From positions 1 through 36,447 of IMG/VR virus record IMGVR_UViG_3300005512_002967: a stretch of DNA of 36,447 bases, one strand, 5' to 3'. A program made the translations under genes and the position numbers. Shown piece after piece: positions 26,281-34,781 of this stretch. How positions within the stretch are numbered: position 1 is the first letter of the stretch; each line of letters starts with the position of its first letter. The notes below the pieces were generated by a model that saw only the letters and a program-made list of their open reading frames with translations, did not search any database and was not told the origin of the DNA. The DNA is from a virus (taxonomy: Duplodnaviria; Caudoviricetes).

Positions 26281-26459
26281 GTCAAGTAATAGTAGGAAAT
26301 AGATTTGTATATATAAACGACTCTTTAAGACGAAAAGTATTTGAAGAGGCTAGAATTAAAGCGGTAAAAGATATTAAAAAAGAAAAACAAGAAGAGGACA
26401 GGCTTCTTATGATAGCCATTGATCGTGGGACAGTAAACGACGATGGCTCCGAGTGCTAA
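26277..26459 (+). CDS. Hypothetical protein
   Basis: ATGA coupling. Confidence 0.55.
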   Translation: MSQVIVGNRFVYINDSLRRKVFEEARIKAVKDIKKEKQEEDRLLMIAIDRGTVNDDGSEC

Positions 26460-26681
26460 CGCAGACACACTTGCCCTGAAGGACATCGGGGCAACGGAAC
26501 CTTAACGAAGTGGAGCTAGTACAGCTAAAGAGCAGTACAAAAACAGTAAAACTTGGTTAAGGCTTTGTTAAAAGTACATTGAAATTTGATAGCTTGGGAG
26601 AAAGCAAGGTCATACTTCGCAAAGTTGGTCGATAGTTCGTGAAGGGGAAAGCGTAAACCCTCACCCCAGGCTACCAGATTT
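26444..26681 (+). ncRNA. Candidate structured ncRNA(s)
   Basis: GC-richer, mostly non-coding stretch with two multibranch folds: 26444-26518 and 26582-26681. Confidence 0.35.
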
Positions 26682-26703
26682 TAACAATTAAATAAAAAGA
26701 ACT

Positions 26704-26868
26704 ATGAGAATAATTAAATTTTTAGTAACAGCAACAATTTGTTGGGCGTTCCTACCAATCATTCTTTTAATAGTATTCTTTGCTTGTGCTGTAATACCTT
26801 TTGTTGCGTTTATTGCACCAAGTAAAATTAGACTGTTTGAAAATAATAATTTTATATCAATTAAATAA
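26704..26868 (+). CDS. Small membrane protein, 54 aa
   Basis: MRIIKFLVTATICWAFLPII... Confidence 0.55.
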   Translation: MRIIKFLVTATICWAFLPIILLIVFFACAVIPFVAFIAPSKIRLFENNNFISIK

Positions 26869-26873
26869 AAACC

Positions 26874-27242
26874 ATGTCAGACACAACACTAAACAAGAGG
26901 AAATGGGAGGAGGAATTTGATGAACTAGATTTGGAATGGTATGACCCAAGAATTGATACTGTCGTAAAAGTAAAACCTCGCCACTTTGGAGGAGATAGCG
27001 ACAAGATACTTAAAGACTTCATCTCCAAAGTAGTAGACCAAGCCTATCAAAGAGGGAAGAGGGAAACATTTGATGTGGTGATAAAAGAGATAATGAATTT
27101 TTTTATTGAGGTGGATTCAAATAATAAGAATAGGGAATTTATAATTAATGGTAAGTGGTATGTCTTTAAGTTTGGATGTGATGGGATGCAAATTTTATTT
27201 GATTATTTATCTGGTGGTTATAAATTAAAAAATAAACAATGA
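26874..27242 (+). CDS. Hypothetical protein
   Basis: 122-aa ORF in an operon. Confidence 0.65.
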   Translation: MSDTTLNKRKWEEEFDELDLEWYDPRIDTVVKVKPRHFGGDSDKILKDFISKVVDQAYQRGKRETFDVVIKEIMNFFIEVDSNNKNREFIINGKWYVFKFGCDGMQILFDYLSGGYKLKNKQ

Positions 27243-27317
27243 ATAAAACAGAAGGGGAGATAACCATGCCAACTAAAAACCAATTACTAATTAAATAAAA
27301 GAGGGGGTGAAAAGTAA

Positions 27318-27566
27318 ATGGATGAAAAAAATGAGGATGGAGTAGACCTAACAAAAGAGATGGCTATTTTTGAAAGCAGAACCATGAGCAAGGAAGCACA
27401 AGATGAAGTTGAGAACATTAAACTTCATAGTGCCAATCTTTTGAGAATGTTTAACAAGGTAGTTTCACTAGAGGAGAGAAGTGAAGCTTCAAGACTGATG
27501 AACATAGCAAGAACCAACCTTGAGCAAACTGTCATGTGGGCAGTCAAGGCAATCAGTAGAATTTAG
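27318..27566 (+). CDS. Acb2/Tad1-like helical-hairpin protein (putative nucleotide-signal sponge)
   Basis: SRLMNIARTNLEQTVMWAVKAI matches the R...IA.T.LE...MWA.KA pattern; strong SD. Confidence 0.6.
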   Translation: MDEKNEDGVDLTKEMAIFESRTMSKEAQDEVENIKLHSANLLRMFNKVVSLEERSEASRLMNIARTNLEQTVMWAVKAISRI

Positions 27567-27567
27567 C

Positions 27568-27601
27568 CCCCTGCCCTCCCGACTTAATCGGGAGGATAGG
27601 G
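27568..27601 (+). terminator. Strong hairpin after the Acb2-like gene
   Basis: CCCTGCCCTCCCGA-N5-TCGGGAGGATAGGG; no clear U-tract. Confidence 0.5.
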
Positions 27602-27647
27602 AGTTAACACTAGAGTTGACAGTAGATTGTTAAAAATTAAAACTATT

Positions 27648-27827
27648 ATGAACAACATACTACCCATATTATCCATGACCCCATTTGTCTTGGTATATTT
27701 AATAGTCCTAGTAATTGGTCTTGATGAAAACTGGAGGTTAACACTGTCTACTCTAGGTGTACTTCTTCTTATAATCTTAATAGTTTGGGGGTTCGGGTGG
27801 GGATTGACTGAATTACTAATTAAATAA
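27648..27827 (+). CDS. Small two-TM membrane protein
   Basis: Two hydrophobic helices. Confidence 0.55.
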   Translation: MNNILPILSMTPFVLVYLIVLVIGLDENWRLTLSTLGVLLLIILIVWGFGWGLTELLIK

Positions 27828-27832
27828 AACTT

Positions 27833-28042
27833 ATGATTGATTTATTTTGGGGTGCTACTTGGGGGATTGTGTGGGGTGTGGCTGTTGGTTTAGCCATCTA
27901 TTCAATTCCCTATCTAATCCGTAAGGGATGGAATGACGCTGGCAAGAGTGTTAAGGTGTGTGATGTTTGCTGGAGAGAGGTAAAAAAAGTCAATAAAGCC
28001 TTAGATGAATATGAAAAGAGTCACAAGGTTAAAAGACTATGA
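27833..28042 (+). CDS. Small TM protein with CxxC
   Basis: N-terminal TM helix. Confidence 0.55.
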   Translation: MIDLFWGATWGIVWGVAVGLAIYSIPYLIRKGWNDAGKSVKVCDVCWREVKKVNKALDEYEKSHKVKRL

Positions 28043-28143
28043 ATAAAAACCTAAGACAATCAATACACTTTATTGTTAAAATACTTAATAGATTATTAGG
28101 TTATAGAATATGGAGTAAAGGTAAAGAGCCAATTATTAAATAA
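28039..28143 (+). CDS. Hypothetical protein, 34 aa
   Basis: ATGA coupling. Confidence 0.4.
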   Translation: MNKNLRQSIHFIVKILNRLLGYRIWSKGKEPIIK

Positions 28144-28151
28144 ATAAACAC

Positions 28152-28319
28152 ATGATAAAAGGTCAAATGGTCGTGATTACAAAGATGAGGAAAGAAGCTA
28201 AACACCATGAGCTAAAAGAAGGAAGGCTTGTTAAAGACATGGGTAATAAGTACCTTGTAGACCTTGGAGAGGGCGGTTATGTATTAGCACTCATGGTAGA
28301 AAGAACAGATGGCATATAA
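28152..28319 (+). CDS. Hypothetical protein, 55 aa
   Basis: MIKGQMVVITK...; A-rich leader. Confidence 0.5.
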   Translation: MIKGQMVVITKMRKEAKHHELKEGRLVKDMGNKYLVDLGEGGYVLALMVERTDGI

Positions 28320-28464
28320 TACGAGAAGGAGACTGGCAGAGAGGGTAATTGAACACCACAAGCTATTTCCTAAAGCAACAGTTGTTCAACTTTCAAAGTT
28401 ATTGGGAGGAAGCCCTGAGTGGACTTCTAAAATAATTAGTGAATATAAAAAGAAAAATGGATGA
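28309..28464 (+). CDS. Small HTH-like protein, 51 aa (not in ORF track)
   Basis: FPKATVVQLSKLLGGSPEWTSKII. Confidence 0.5.
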   Translation: MAYNTRRRLAERVIEHHKLFPKATVVQLSKLLGGSPEWTSKIISEYKKKNG

Positions 28465-28639
28465 GGTGATGCCAACACTAGGAGGAAATGTGATCCGAGT
28501 GGAAGATGAGAATAAACACAGGAAACATATCTGTTATAAGTGCGGTAATGAGATACCCCACCATGTAACAACTTGGTTTGGTTCTGTATGTTTAATTTGT
28601 AAGGAAAATGAAAGTAAACGAAAAGCTATTAAAGGTTAG
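28457..28639 (+). CDS. Small C4 zinc-finger protein
   Basis: CYKC...CLIC. Confidence 0.55.
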   Translation: MDEVMPTLGGNVIRVEDENKHRKHICYKCGNEIPHHVTTWFGSVCLICKENESKRKAIKG

Positions 28640-28844
28640 TGCGGGACAGATTGTTTTAGACGGAGAGTTGAATTTGGGTGATGATGTTATAATCAGAATA
28701 GATGGAACAGTCACTAAAACAGAAGACCACGACAACCAAGACGGAACCGTTAACAGAGTCTTTACAGTTAAAGGAACCATTGCAGACATCCTTAATGCAG
28801 AAGGCAAAAAAATCACTAGGGAGGAAGTGGAAAGATACAGATGA
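28608..28844 (+). CDS. Hypothetical protein
   Basis: Beta-rich 78-aa ORF with an AAGGA SD. Confidence 0.55.
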   Translation: MKVNEKLLKVSAGQIVLDGELNLGDDVIIRIDGTVTKTEDHDNQDGTVNRVFTVKGTIADILNAEGKKITREEVERYR

Positions 28845-29229
28845 AGTAGTCGATAATTTAGTAAGAGCATTTGAAGACGGAGCCAATATATCTGAAGCTT
28901 GCCGTATCGCTAAAATTGACAGACAGACTTACTACAACTGGTTAGAAGACAGCGAAGAGTTTTCGACATTGATGACCGATTCTCAGAATTATCCCGATGT
29001 AGTAGCCAAAATGGTACTTGTAAGAGCTATAAAAAAGAGTGATATTGATGTTTCTAAGTGGTGGGCCGAGAGAAGGATGAAGAATGAATTTAGTACGAGA
29101 AATGAGATGACAGGAAAAGATGGCGAACATTTAATACCAAGATTTACAGTACAAACTAAAGAGGCAAAACAAAACCTAGAACAACTTTATGAAGGACCTA
29201 ATAGCTCAGACAACAAGAGGATTTCTTGA
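28795..29229 (+). CDS. terS: Terminase small subunit
   Basis: HTH ISEACRIAKIDRQTYYNW, W..ERR and E.TGKDG; directly upstream of TerL. Start could be 28702. Confidence 0.8.
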   Translation: MQKAKKSLGRKWKDTDEVVDNLVRAFEDGANISEACRIAKIDRQTYYNWLEDSEEFSTLMTDSQNYPDVVAKMVLVRAIKKSDIDVSKWWAERRMKNEFSTRNEMTGKDGEHLIPRFTVQTKEAKQNLEQLYEGPNSSDNKRIS

Positions 29230-31168
29230 TGGATATAGATACATAGTACACGAGGGGGGTACTAGAAGTGGTAAGACACACAGCATACTAACCTCGCTTT
29301 ACCATATAACCAACTCAAGACCATCTATAACATCAGTAGTATCGGAGACATTCCCCCACCTAAGAAAGGGTGCAATAAGAGATTACAAACGCATTTTACA
29401 ATCACAGAAGATGTGGGATGAGAAGTTGTGGAATAAGACAGACTCAGTTCACACAATAGCAGAAGACAGGTTGTTAGAGTTCTTTAGTGCTGATAACTCA
29501 GATAAGGTGCACGGTCCTGAAAGAGACTTCCTTTTTTTAAACGAGGCACAAAACATATCCTATGATATAGCAAGACACCTATTTGTCAGAACCAAGAAGA
29601 CTATTTTTATAGACTTTAACCCGACAAGAGAGTTCTGGGCTCACGAAGAATTAAAGAATGACCCTAGGTGCTTATGGGTACACTCCACATACAAAGATAA
29701 CCCCCACCTAACAAGTGAGCAAGTAGAGGAGATTGAGAAGAATAAAGGCAAGAAGCAATGGTGGAGCATTTATGGAGAAGGGAAGGTTGCCGAGAGTGAG
29801 GGGTCAATTTATAAAGGATGGCAACAGATAGATGAGATACCACACGAAGCACGGCTTGAAAGGTTTGGACTAGATTTTGGATATACCAATGACCCAACAG
29901 CGATTGTAGCCGTTTATAGATATAATGGTGGCTTTATTTTAGATGAAATTACATACCAGAAGGGATTAAGTAACAAGCAGATAGCAGACATCCTACTCAA
30001 TCAAGAAAGTAAGGCTTTAGTAATAGCTGATAGTGCAGAACCTAAGAGCATTGACGAAATTAGGAGTTATGGAGTTAACATCATGCCATCCACTAAAGGA
30101 CAGGGTTCAGTTCTTCAAGGAATACAGTTTGTACAAGATCAAAGGATAAGTATTACGAAGAGGAGTCTTAATGGCATCAAGGAATACCGTAACTACTTGT
30201 GGTTGGTTGATAAAGACGGCCATGTTACTAACACGCCTGATGTAGGCTTCGATCATTTCAATGATGCCTGTTTTACAGGAGATACACAGATAGAAACCAT
30301 TTTGGGCAATAAACAGATTTTAGACATATCAGTTGGTGATCTTGTTAAGACTTCATCTGGATTCAGAAGAGTTACACATAAACATAATAACGGTATGAAA
30401 CTAGTATCTGAATACTTGTTGCAATTAGATACGTCTAGTATTAAAATCAAGGCAACTAAAGATCATAAAGTAAAAACAAACAAGGGATGGATAAAGATTT
30501 CAAAATTAAAGTCAGGGATGACTCTCTACTTGAGCAATCATTTAACAATAGGAAATATAAGCTATACCGAGGAGAAAAATACTTTTCCTGCTCCAATAGA
30601 AGAATGCACAGGGACGTTTATGAGTTCTATAACGGAAAGATACCCAAAGGATTTCATGCACACCATAAGGACGGCAACGCATGGAATAACAGACCTGAAA
30701 ATCTTATGTTGGTTGAAAAAAATAAACATTTATCTGAACACTGTAAAAGACGTGTTAAAGAAAATCCAGAGTGGTTTATCAGATTTCAGAAGGCTGGTAT
30801 CAAAAAAGCTGTCTTTTGGCACAAATCACCAGAGGGGATTGAATGGCATAGACAACATGGAAAAAACTCTTGGAAGAACAGAACTACTTATAGAAAACTT
30901 ATCTGTGAACAGTGTGGGGGAGTTTATAAAACAAGACATGCGGGGGTCTCTAAGTACTGCCATCAAAACTGTAAAGCTAAAGCACTTAGATATAGGAGAA
31001 AGTTGGAGAGAGAACGTCTACGATCTAACAGTCGAGGAAGATCATGAATATTTTGCGAATGGGATATTGGTTCACAACTGTAGATATGCCATAACTTCAA
31101 TGATGGCAGTAGAAGACCACGAGGATGCACCAGACGACTCATCACTATTTAATGAAGGATTTTACTAA
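29189..31168 (+). CDS. terL: Terminase large subunit (PBSX-like), intein-containing
   Basis: GGTRSGKT, FLNEA, DFNP, GLDFGY.NDP and DH..DA/CRY split by the intein. Confidence 0.95.
   Translation: MKDLIAQTTRGFLDGYRYIVHEGGTRSGKTHSILTSLYHITNSRPSITSVVSETFPHLRKGAIRDYKRILQSQKMWDEKLWNKTDSVHTIAEDRLLEFFSADNSDKVHGPERDFLFLNEAQNISYDIARHLFVRTKKTIFIDFNPTREFWAHEELKNDPRCLWVHSTYKDNPHLTSEQVEEIEKNKGKKQWWSIYGEGKVAESEGSIYKGWQQIDEIPHEARLERFGLDFGYTNDPTAIVAVYRYNGGFILDEITYQKGLSNKQIADILLNQESKALVIADSAEPKSIDEIRSYGVNIMPSTKGQGSVLQGIQFVQDQRISITKRSLNGIKEYRNYLWLVDKDGHVTNTPDVGFDHFNDACFTGDTQIETILGNKQILDISVGDLVKTSSGFRRVTHKHNNGMKLVSEYLLQLDTSSIKIKATKDHKVKTNKGWIKISKLKSGMTLYLSNHLTIGNISYTEEKNTFPAPIEECTGTFMSSITERYPKDFMHTIRTATHGITDLKILCWLKKINIYLNTVKDVLKKIQSGLSDFRRLVSKKLSFGTNHQRGLNGIDNMEKTLGRTELLIENLSVNSVGEFIKQDMRGSLSTAIKTVKLKHLDIGESWRENVYDLTVEEDHEYFANGILVHNCRYAITSMMAVEDHEDAPDDSSLFNEGFY
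30269..31078 (+). mobile_element. Intein (270 aa) in the TerL nuclease motif
   Basis: Block A CFTGDT.I, block B ATKDHKV...GW, block F VYDLTVE..H.YFANG, block G VHN/C. Confidence 0.93.
30487..31047 (+). CDS. HNH homing endonuclease nested out-of-frame within the intein
   Basis: MHRDVYE...GKIPKG.HAHHKDGN..NNRPENL plus a CEQC...YCHQNC zinc finger; own ATG and TGA. Confidence 0.85.
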   Translation: MDKDFKIKVRDDSLLEQSFNNRKYKLYRGEKYFSCSNRRMHRDVYEFYNGKIPKGFHAHHKDGNAWNNRPENLMLVEKNKHLSEHCKRRVKENPEWFIRFQKAGIKKAVFWHKSPEGIEWHRQHGKNSWKNRTTYRKLICEQCGGVYKTRHAGVSKYCHQNCKAKALRYRRKLERERLRSNSRGRS

Positions 31169-31386
31169 TGCACTCACTAGAAATAAGAAAGTGGAATATT
31201 CCTGCCCATATTGATATTGAAGATGATATTAAGAAGAGGCAAAATGGTAGAATAACATTCACACTAAGGTTTAACGCTGGAAACATTGTTGATTATAATT
31301 TAGTGGAATACATTGACCCTCGAACAAAGTACATTAATCTTAAACCAGCTGTTATCCAAGAACTTACCATTACACATTTTAGTTGA
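31168..31386 (+). CDS. Hypothetical protein (YezD/DUF2292-like pattern)
   Basis: Helix followed by NGRITFTLRFNAGNIV; TAATG coupling. Confidence 0.5.
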   Translation: MHSLEIRKWNIPAHIDIEDDIKKRQNGRITFTLRFNAGNIVDYNLVEYIDPRTKYINLKPAVIQELTITHFS

Positions 31387-31525
31387 GAATGAGGTTATAT
31401 CCTCACAGTTTGGCACTTTGACGCTTAGCTGTGAAATAAAAGATGGGGTTGTTAAGTACGACACAATCAACCTAGTTAAGAACAAACGCAAGAAATATAA
31501 CGGTCGTGAGCTTGACAAGATATAG
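31313..31525 (+). CDS. Hypothetical protein (YezD/DUF2292-like pattern)
   Basis: Helix followed by FGTLTLSCEIKDGVV and a basic tail. Confidence 0.5.
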   Translation: MTLEQSTLILNQLLSKNLPLHILVENEVISSQFGTLTLSCEIKDGVVKYDTINLVKNKRKKYNGRELDKI

Positions 31526-31541
31526 AATTGGTTGATATACT
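31512..31541 (+). promoter_or_regulatory. Putative sigma70 promoter of the head operon
   Basis: TTGACA-N18-TATACT with an extended TG. Confidence 0.65.
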
Positions 31542-31572
31542 CCCACTAAGCTAATACCGTATTAACGGACAT

Positions 31573-31601
31573 AAGGCACTCGCAACAGGGTGTCTTTTTT
31601 T
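31573..31601 (+). terminator. Intrinsic terminator-like hairpin just before the portal ATG
   Basis: AAGGCACT...GGTGTCTT followed by a T-run. Confidence 0.65.
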
Positions 31602-31603
31602 AT

Positions 31604-33394
31604 ATGAATACAATCCTACAAAGAAAACAAGCAGCAGAAGATTTTCTAAGCCAGAAAAGAGATTTGTGGGACAAACTAGAGCAAATCAATCACGGCCAGA
31701 TAGCAGACGGCGTATCAAGTAAGACAAAATCTCAAGTATTCGATCATAGACTATCCACTCTTAACTATGAGCGAGGATATAGAGTAATGGCACAACTTCC
31801 TACGGGTAAGGTAAGAGCAATTTCTAAGAATGATGAAGGTAGTTCTAAACTAATGGATTTGATTCTTGATAAGTACATATTCCTAAATGCTAACTCACAA
31901 TTTGATTTCCTAACCAAGCTTAGGATGATGGATATTTATTCTGGGGTATATGGTAACTTCTTTGGACTTGTTGACTGGACTGTAAATAAGAATGGATATG
32001 TTGGACCTGATTTGTGGATGCTTAACATAAGGGATGTATTCCCACAGGTGGGAGCTATGTCTATTGAGGATAGTGATTACATTATTGTTAGAAGTTGGAG
32101 ACCATTATCATTCTTTGAGGGACTTAAGAAAGATAAGAGCTATAAGAACATCCCAGAGATAATAAGAAAACTAAAGGACAACTCAGGATCAAAACAAAGC
32201 AGAGACTCAGACTCCAAGACCAAGAGAGAAGAAGATCATTATTCCAATGAATCGGCAACTAAGGGATCGGGATATTTTGAGGTTTTATCTATGTATGAAA
32301 AAGATAAGTGGACTGATTACTGTGTCGATGCTGATTTAGAGTTTAGAGAGATGGAAAATCCACATGATAACGGTGAGCTTCCTGTTGTTTGTAAATACTC
32401 AATTCCCCTGATTGATGACTTCTTTGGCACTTCTGATATGGAAAGAGGAGCACCTATGCAAATGACAATGAACTCGGTTTGGAACTTATATCTTGACTCG
32501 GTTAAGATGTCTATTTTTCCACCAGTATTGATAAACAAGGACAACATCGCACAAATGAGTTCTATTAAGTGGGGTCCCGCTCAAAAATGGATGGTTAGAA
32601 ATGCTGTTGGAAACTCCGTGTCACCAATACAATTAAACCCACAAGGAATTTCAACTTTCAACAATACCTATTCGGTAGCCAATGCCTCAATTCTTAATCT
32701 ATTTGGCACTTCAGATACTACGGTGACAAAAGGAACTGATGCAGGACAAGGCAAAACACCAGAAGCTCTTAAGATGCAAGGAGCAAGGGAAAACACTAGA
32801 GATAATGCAGATAGATACTACATGGAGAGGTTTTTATCTTCAGTAGTTAAGAAGATGGTTAATTTGGTGGCCAAGAAACAATCCTCAACTATAGCAATTA
32901 GAATGTTTAAGGACGAGATTGATGAGCTTTCCAAAGAATATCCAGAGATTGCCGAGATGTACGATGAAAAGACAGGAAAACTATCTATTGGTGGTAAGAA
33001 AGTAGGATCAACCCTTTATGATTGGGAAATAGTATCAGGGTCTACATACGCAAACGATCAAGACGCACAGAGAGAAAATTTGGCACAGTACATTTCACTA
33101 TATCTTAAGAGTGAGGGTCCAAACGGTAACATGCTAGATATTGCCCTACAAAGAAGCGGGTTTAAATTTAACTTTGGTGAGCTGTTTAAGAGAGGTATTA
33201 CTAACTCGGGTATTCAGGATTGGGATAAGATCTTAGAAGAGCAGAAAGAAGAGGAAATAGGTCAGCAGGTATTGGATCAAGACGCTCAAGCTTTCCAACA
33301 AGCATTACAGCAGATGCAGGGCGGTGTACCACCACAACCTCAAGAAATGATGGACCCAATGCAACAAGGATTACCAGTTAACCCAATGCAATGA
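31604..33394 (+). CDS. Portal protein (podovirus-type)
   Basis: 596 aa between TerL and scaffold; ENPH..GELP motif; Q/P/M-rich tail. Confidence 0.85.
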   Translation: MNTILQRKQAAEDFLSQKRDLWDKLEQINHGQIADGVSSKTKSQVFDHRLSTLNYERGYRVMAQLPTGKVRAISKNDEGSSKLMDLILDKYIFLNANSQFDFLTKLRMMDIYSGVYGNFFGLVDWTVNKNGYVGPDLWMLNIRDVFPQVGAMSIEDSDYIIVRSWRPLSFFEGLKKDKSYKNIPEIIRKLKDNSGSKQSRDSDSKTKREEDHYSNESATKGSGYFEVLSMYEKDKWTDYCVDADLEFREMENPHDNGELPVVCKYSIPLIDDFFGTSDMERGAPMQMTMNSVWNLYLDSVKMSIFPPVLINKDNIAQMSSIKWGPAQKWMVRNAVGNSVSPIQLNPQGISTFNNTYSVANASILNLFGTSDTTVTKGTDAGQGKTPEALKMQGARENTRDNADRYYMERFLSSVVKKMVNLVAKKQSSTIAIRMFKDEIDELSKEYPEIAEMYDEKTGKLSIGGKKVGSTLYDWEIVSGSTYANDQDAQRENLAQYISLYLKSEGPNGNMLDIALQRSGFKFNFGELFKRGITNSGIQDWDKILEEQKEEEIGQQVLDQDAQAFQQALQQMQGGVPPQPQEMMDPMQQGLPVNPMQ

Positions 33395-33714
33395 GCAACG
33401 AGGCTTTAAAACCAGTATTTACAAATGTTCCTTCTCTGATTAAACAGAAGAACTCAAACCCTGAAGCCTCAGAAGAAGAGCAGAGACTATTTACTATGAG
33501 TCATTCAGCAGGATGGAAAACATTTAGAGATATAGCAGAGAGGGCTTCTAAAGAGCTTGACGACATTAACAAGCAGGCAATAGCTGGAGGAGCCTCATTT
33601 GAAGAGATTGGAAGGAACACTCTAGTAATTAGCATGACTCAAGACATTATCAAAAGATTATTAAATAAAGTGGATGATGCCGTCGAAGCCTGTGAAAATG
33701 ACGGATCAAAATGA
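33391..33714 (+). CDS. Hypothetical head-module protein
   Basis: S.GW...helical protein directly after the portal. Confidence 0.6.
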   Translation: MSNEALKPVFTNVPSLIKQKNSNPEASEEEQRLFTMSHSAGWKTFRDIAERASKELDDINKQAIAGGASFEEIGRNTLVISMTQDIIKRLLNKVDDAVEACENDGSK

Positions 33715-33907
33715 AGAACTTGAAGAAGTTCTGGACTTTGACAAACCAGAGTTTAAGTTCGAGCCAAACGAACAACACGAATGGCGACAACAAGGACCAT
33801 ATCTAGTATGTAAGAGTTGTGAGTTACATCACGCCACTTACATAGGAATAGATAGGATATTAACAGGACTGGACGATAAAGGTCGCCCAATCTTAGTAAA
33901 GCGTTAG
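33698..33907 (+). CDS. Hypothetical protein with H/CxxC zinc ribbon
   Basis: HEWRQQGPYLVCKSCELHH. Confidence 0.6.
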   Translation: MTDQNEELEEVLDFDKPEFKFEPNEQHEWRQQGPYLVCKSCELHHATYIGIDRILTGLDDKGRPILVKR

Positions 33908-34006
33908 TTTTTACTCTTTAAGGAGAGTAAGCACTAGCCTTTTGCTAGGCTAAAGACACCATCGCACGATCTATAATCGGTGCGTTATCAATTAAATAGC
34001 AAAACT

Positions 34007-34753
34007 ATGTCTGATGAAGACAACTTGACGCTAAACACAGAAGCTGAGGAAGAGGTCAGCTTGCCCACCCCGTCAGTGGATGAACCAAAAGCGACTGAGG
34101 AAGCCCCTGAGATTGAATCTGAGCCGACGGGTGAAGAAGAAAGTCAAAATGAGGAAGAAACAGAAAAGGAAGAACCTAAAAAGGGTTATTCTAATAGGGT
34201 GCGTGAACTTGTAAAAGAACGCAACCAAGCAAAAGAAGAAGCTAAATCGCTATCTGAACGCTTGAAAGAGTTGACTACTCCAGCAGAAACGCCAGAGTAT
34301 ACGCCAACATTCAATGCAGGTGACGAAATTAGTCCAGAACAGTATCAATCCGACGTGATGCGTCGTGCAGATGCCTTAGTTAGTCTAAGGATGAAGCAAC
34401 AAGAAGCTGTCAGTAGGATTAACAACGAAGCCACAGATGTGATTAAGGCCTATTCAGAGCTTGACCCTGATAGTGATAACTTTAATTCGGAACTTTCTGA
34501 AGCAATAACTGAGGCTACGGAGTCTTATATCAAACAGAACCCGTACTCCGCATCAGTCAAAACCTACGTTGACAAGCTGATGAAGCCCTATAAGGGGGCA
34601 GTTGTTAAAGAAGTTGGTAAGGCTACCGAGACGATGGCGAAACAGGTATCGGAGTCCGCCCTCAGACCAACGTCTGTCAAACAGGAAGGGAAAACAGTAG
34701 ATCAAAAGTCTATTGAAGAGCTAGAGCAAGACTTGGGAATTGTAATAGCTTAA
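34007..34753 (+). CDS. Capsid scaffolding protein
   Basis: Acidic N-terminus, coiled coil, C-terminal SIEELE helix; directly upstream of the MCP. Confidence 0.75.
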   Translation: MSDEDNLTLNTEAEEEVSLPTPSVDEPKATEEAPEIESEPTGEEESQNEEETEKEEPKKGYSNRVRELVKERNQAKEEAKSLSERLKELTTPAETPEYTPTFNAGDEISPEQYQSDVMRRADALVSLRMKQQEAVSRINNEATDVIKAYSELDPDSDNFNSELSEAITEATESYIKQNPYSASVKTYVDKLMKPYKGAVVKEVGKATETMAKQVSESALRPTSVKQEGKTVDQKSIEELEQDLGIVIA

Positions 34754-34781
34754 ATACGTCGGAAAGGTGGTGAAATAAATT

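Noticed and set aside
26591-26676. Canonical tRNA gene
   Set aside because: No TTC T-loop or proper D and anticodon arms; kept only as an ncRNA candidate.
30269-31078. Group I intron or TerL pseudogene
   Set aside because: The TerL frame is uninterrupted and the insert has intein ends (C...HN/C).
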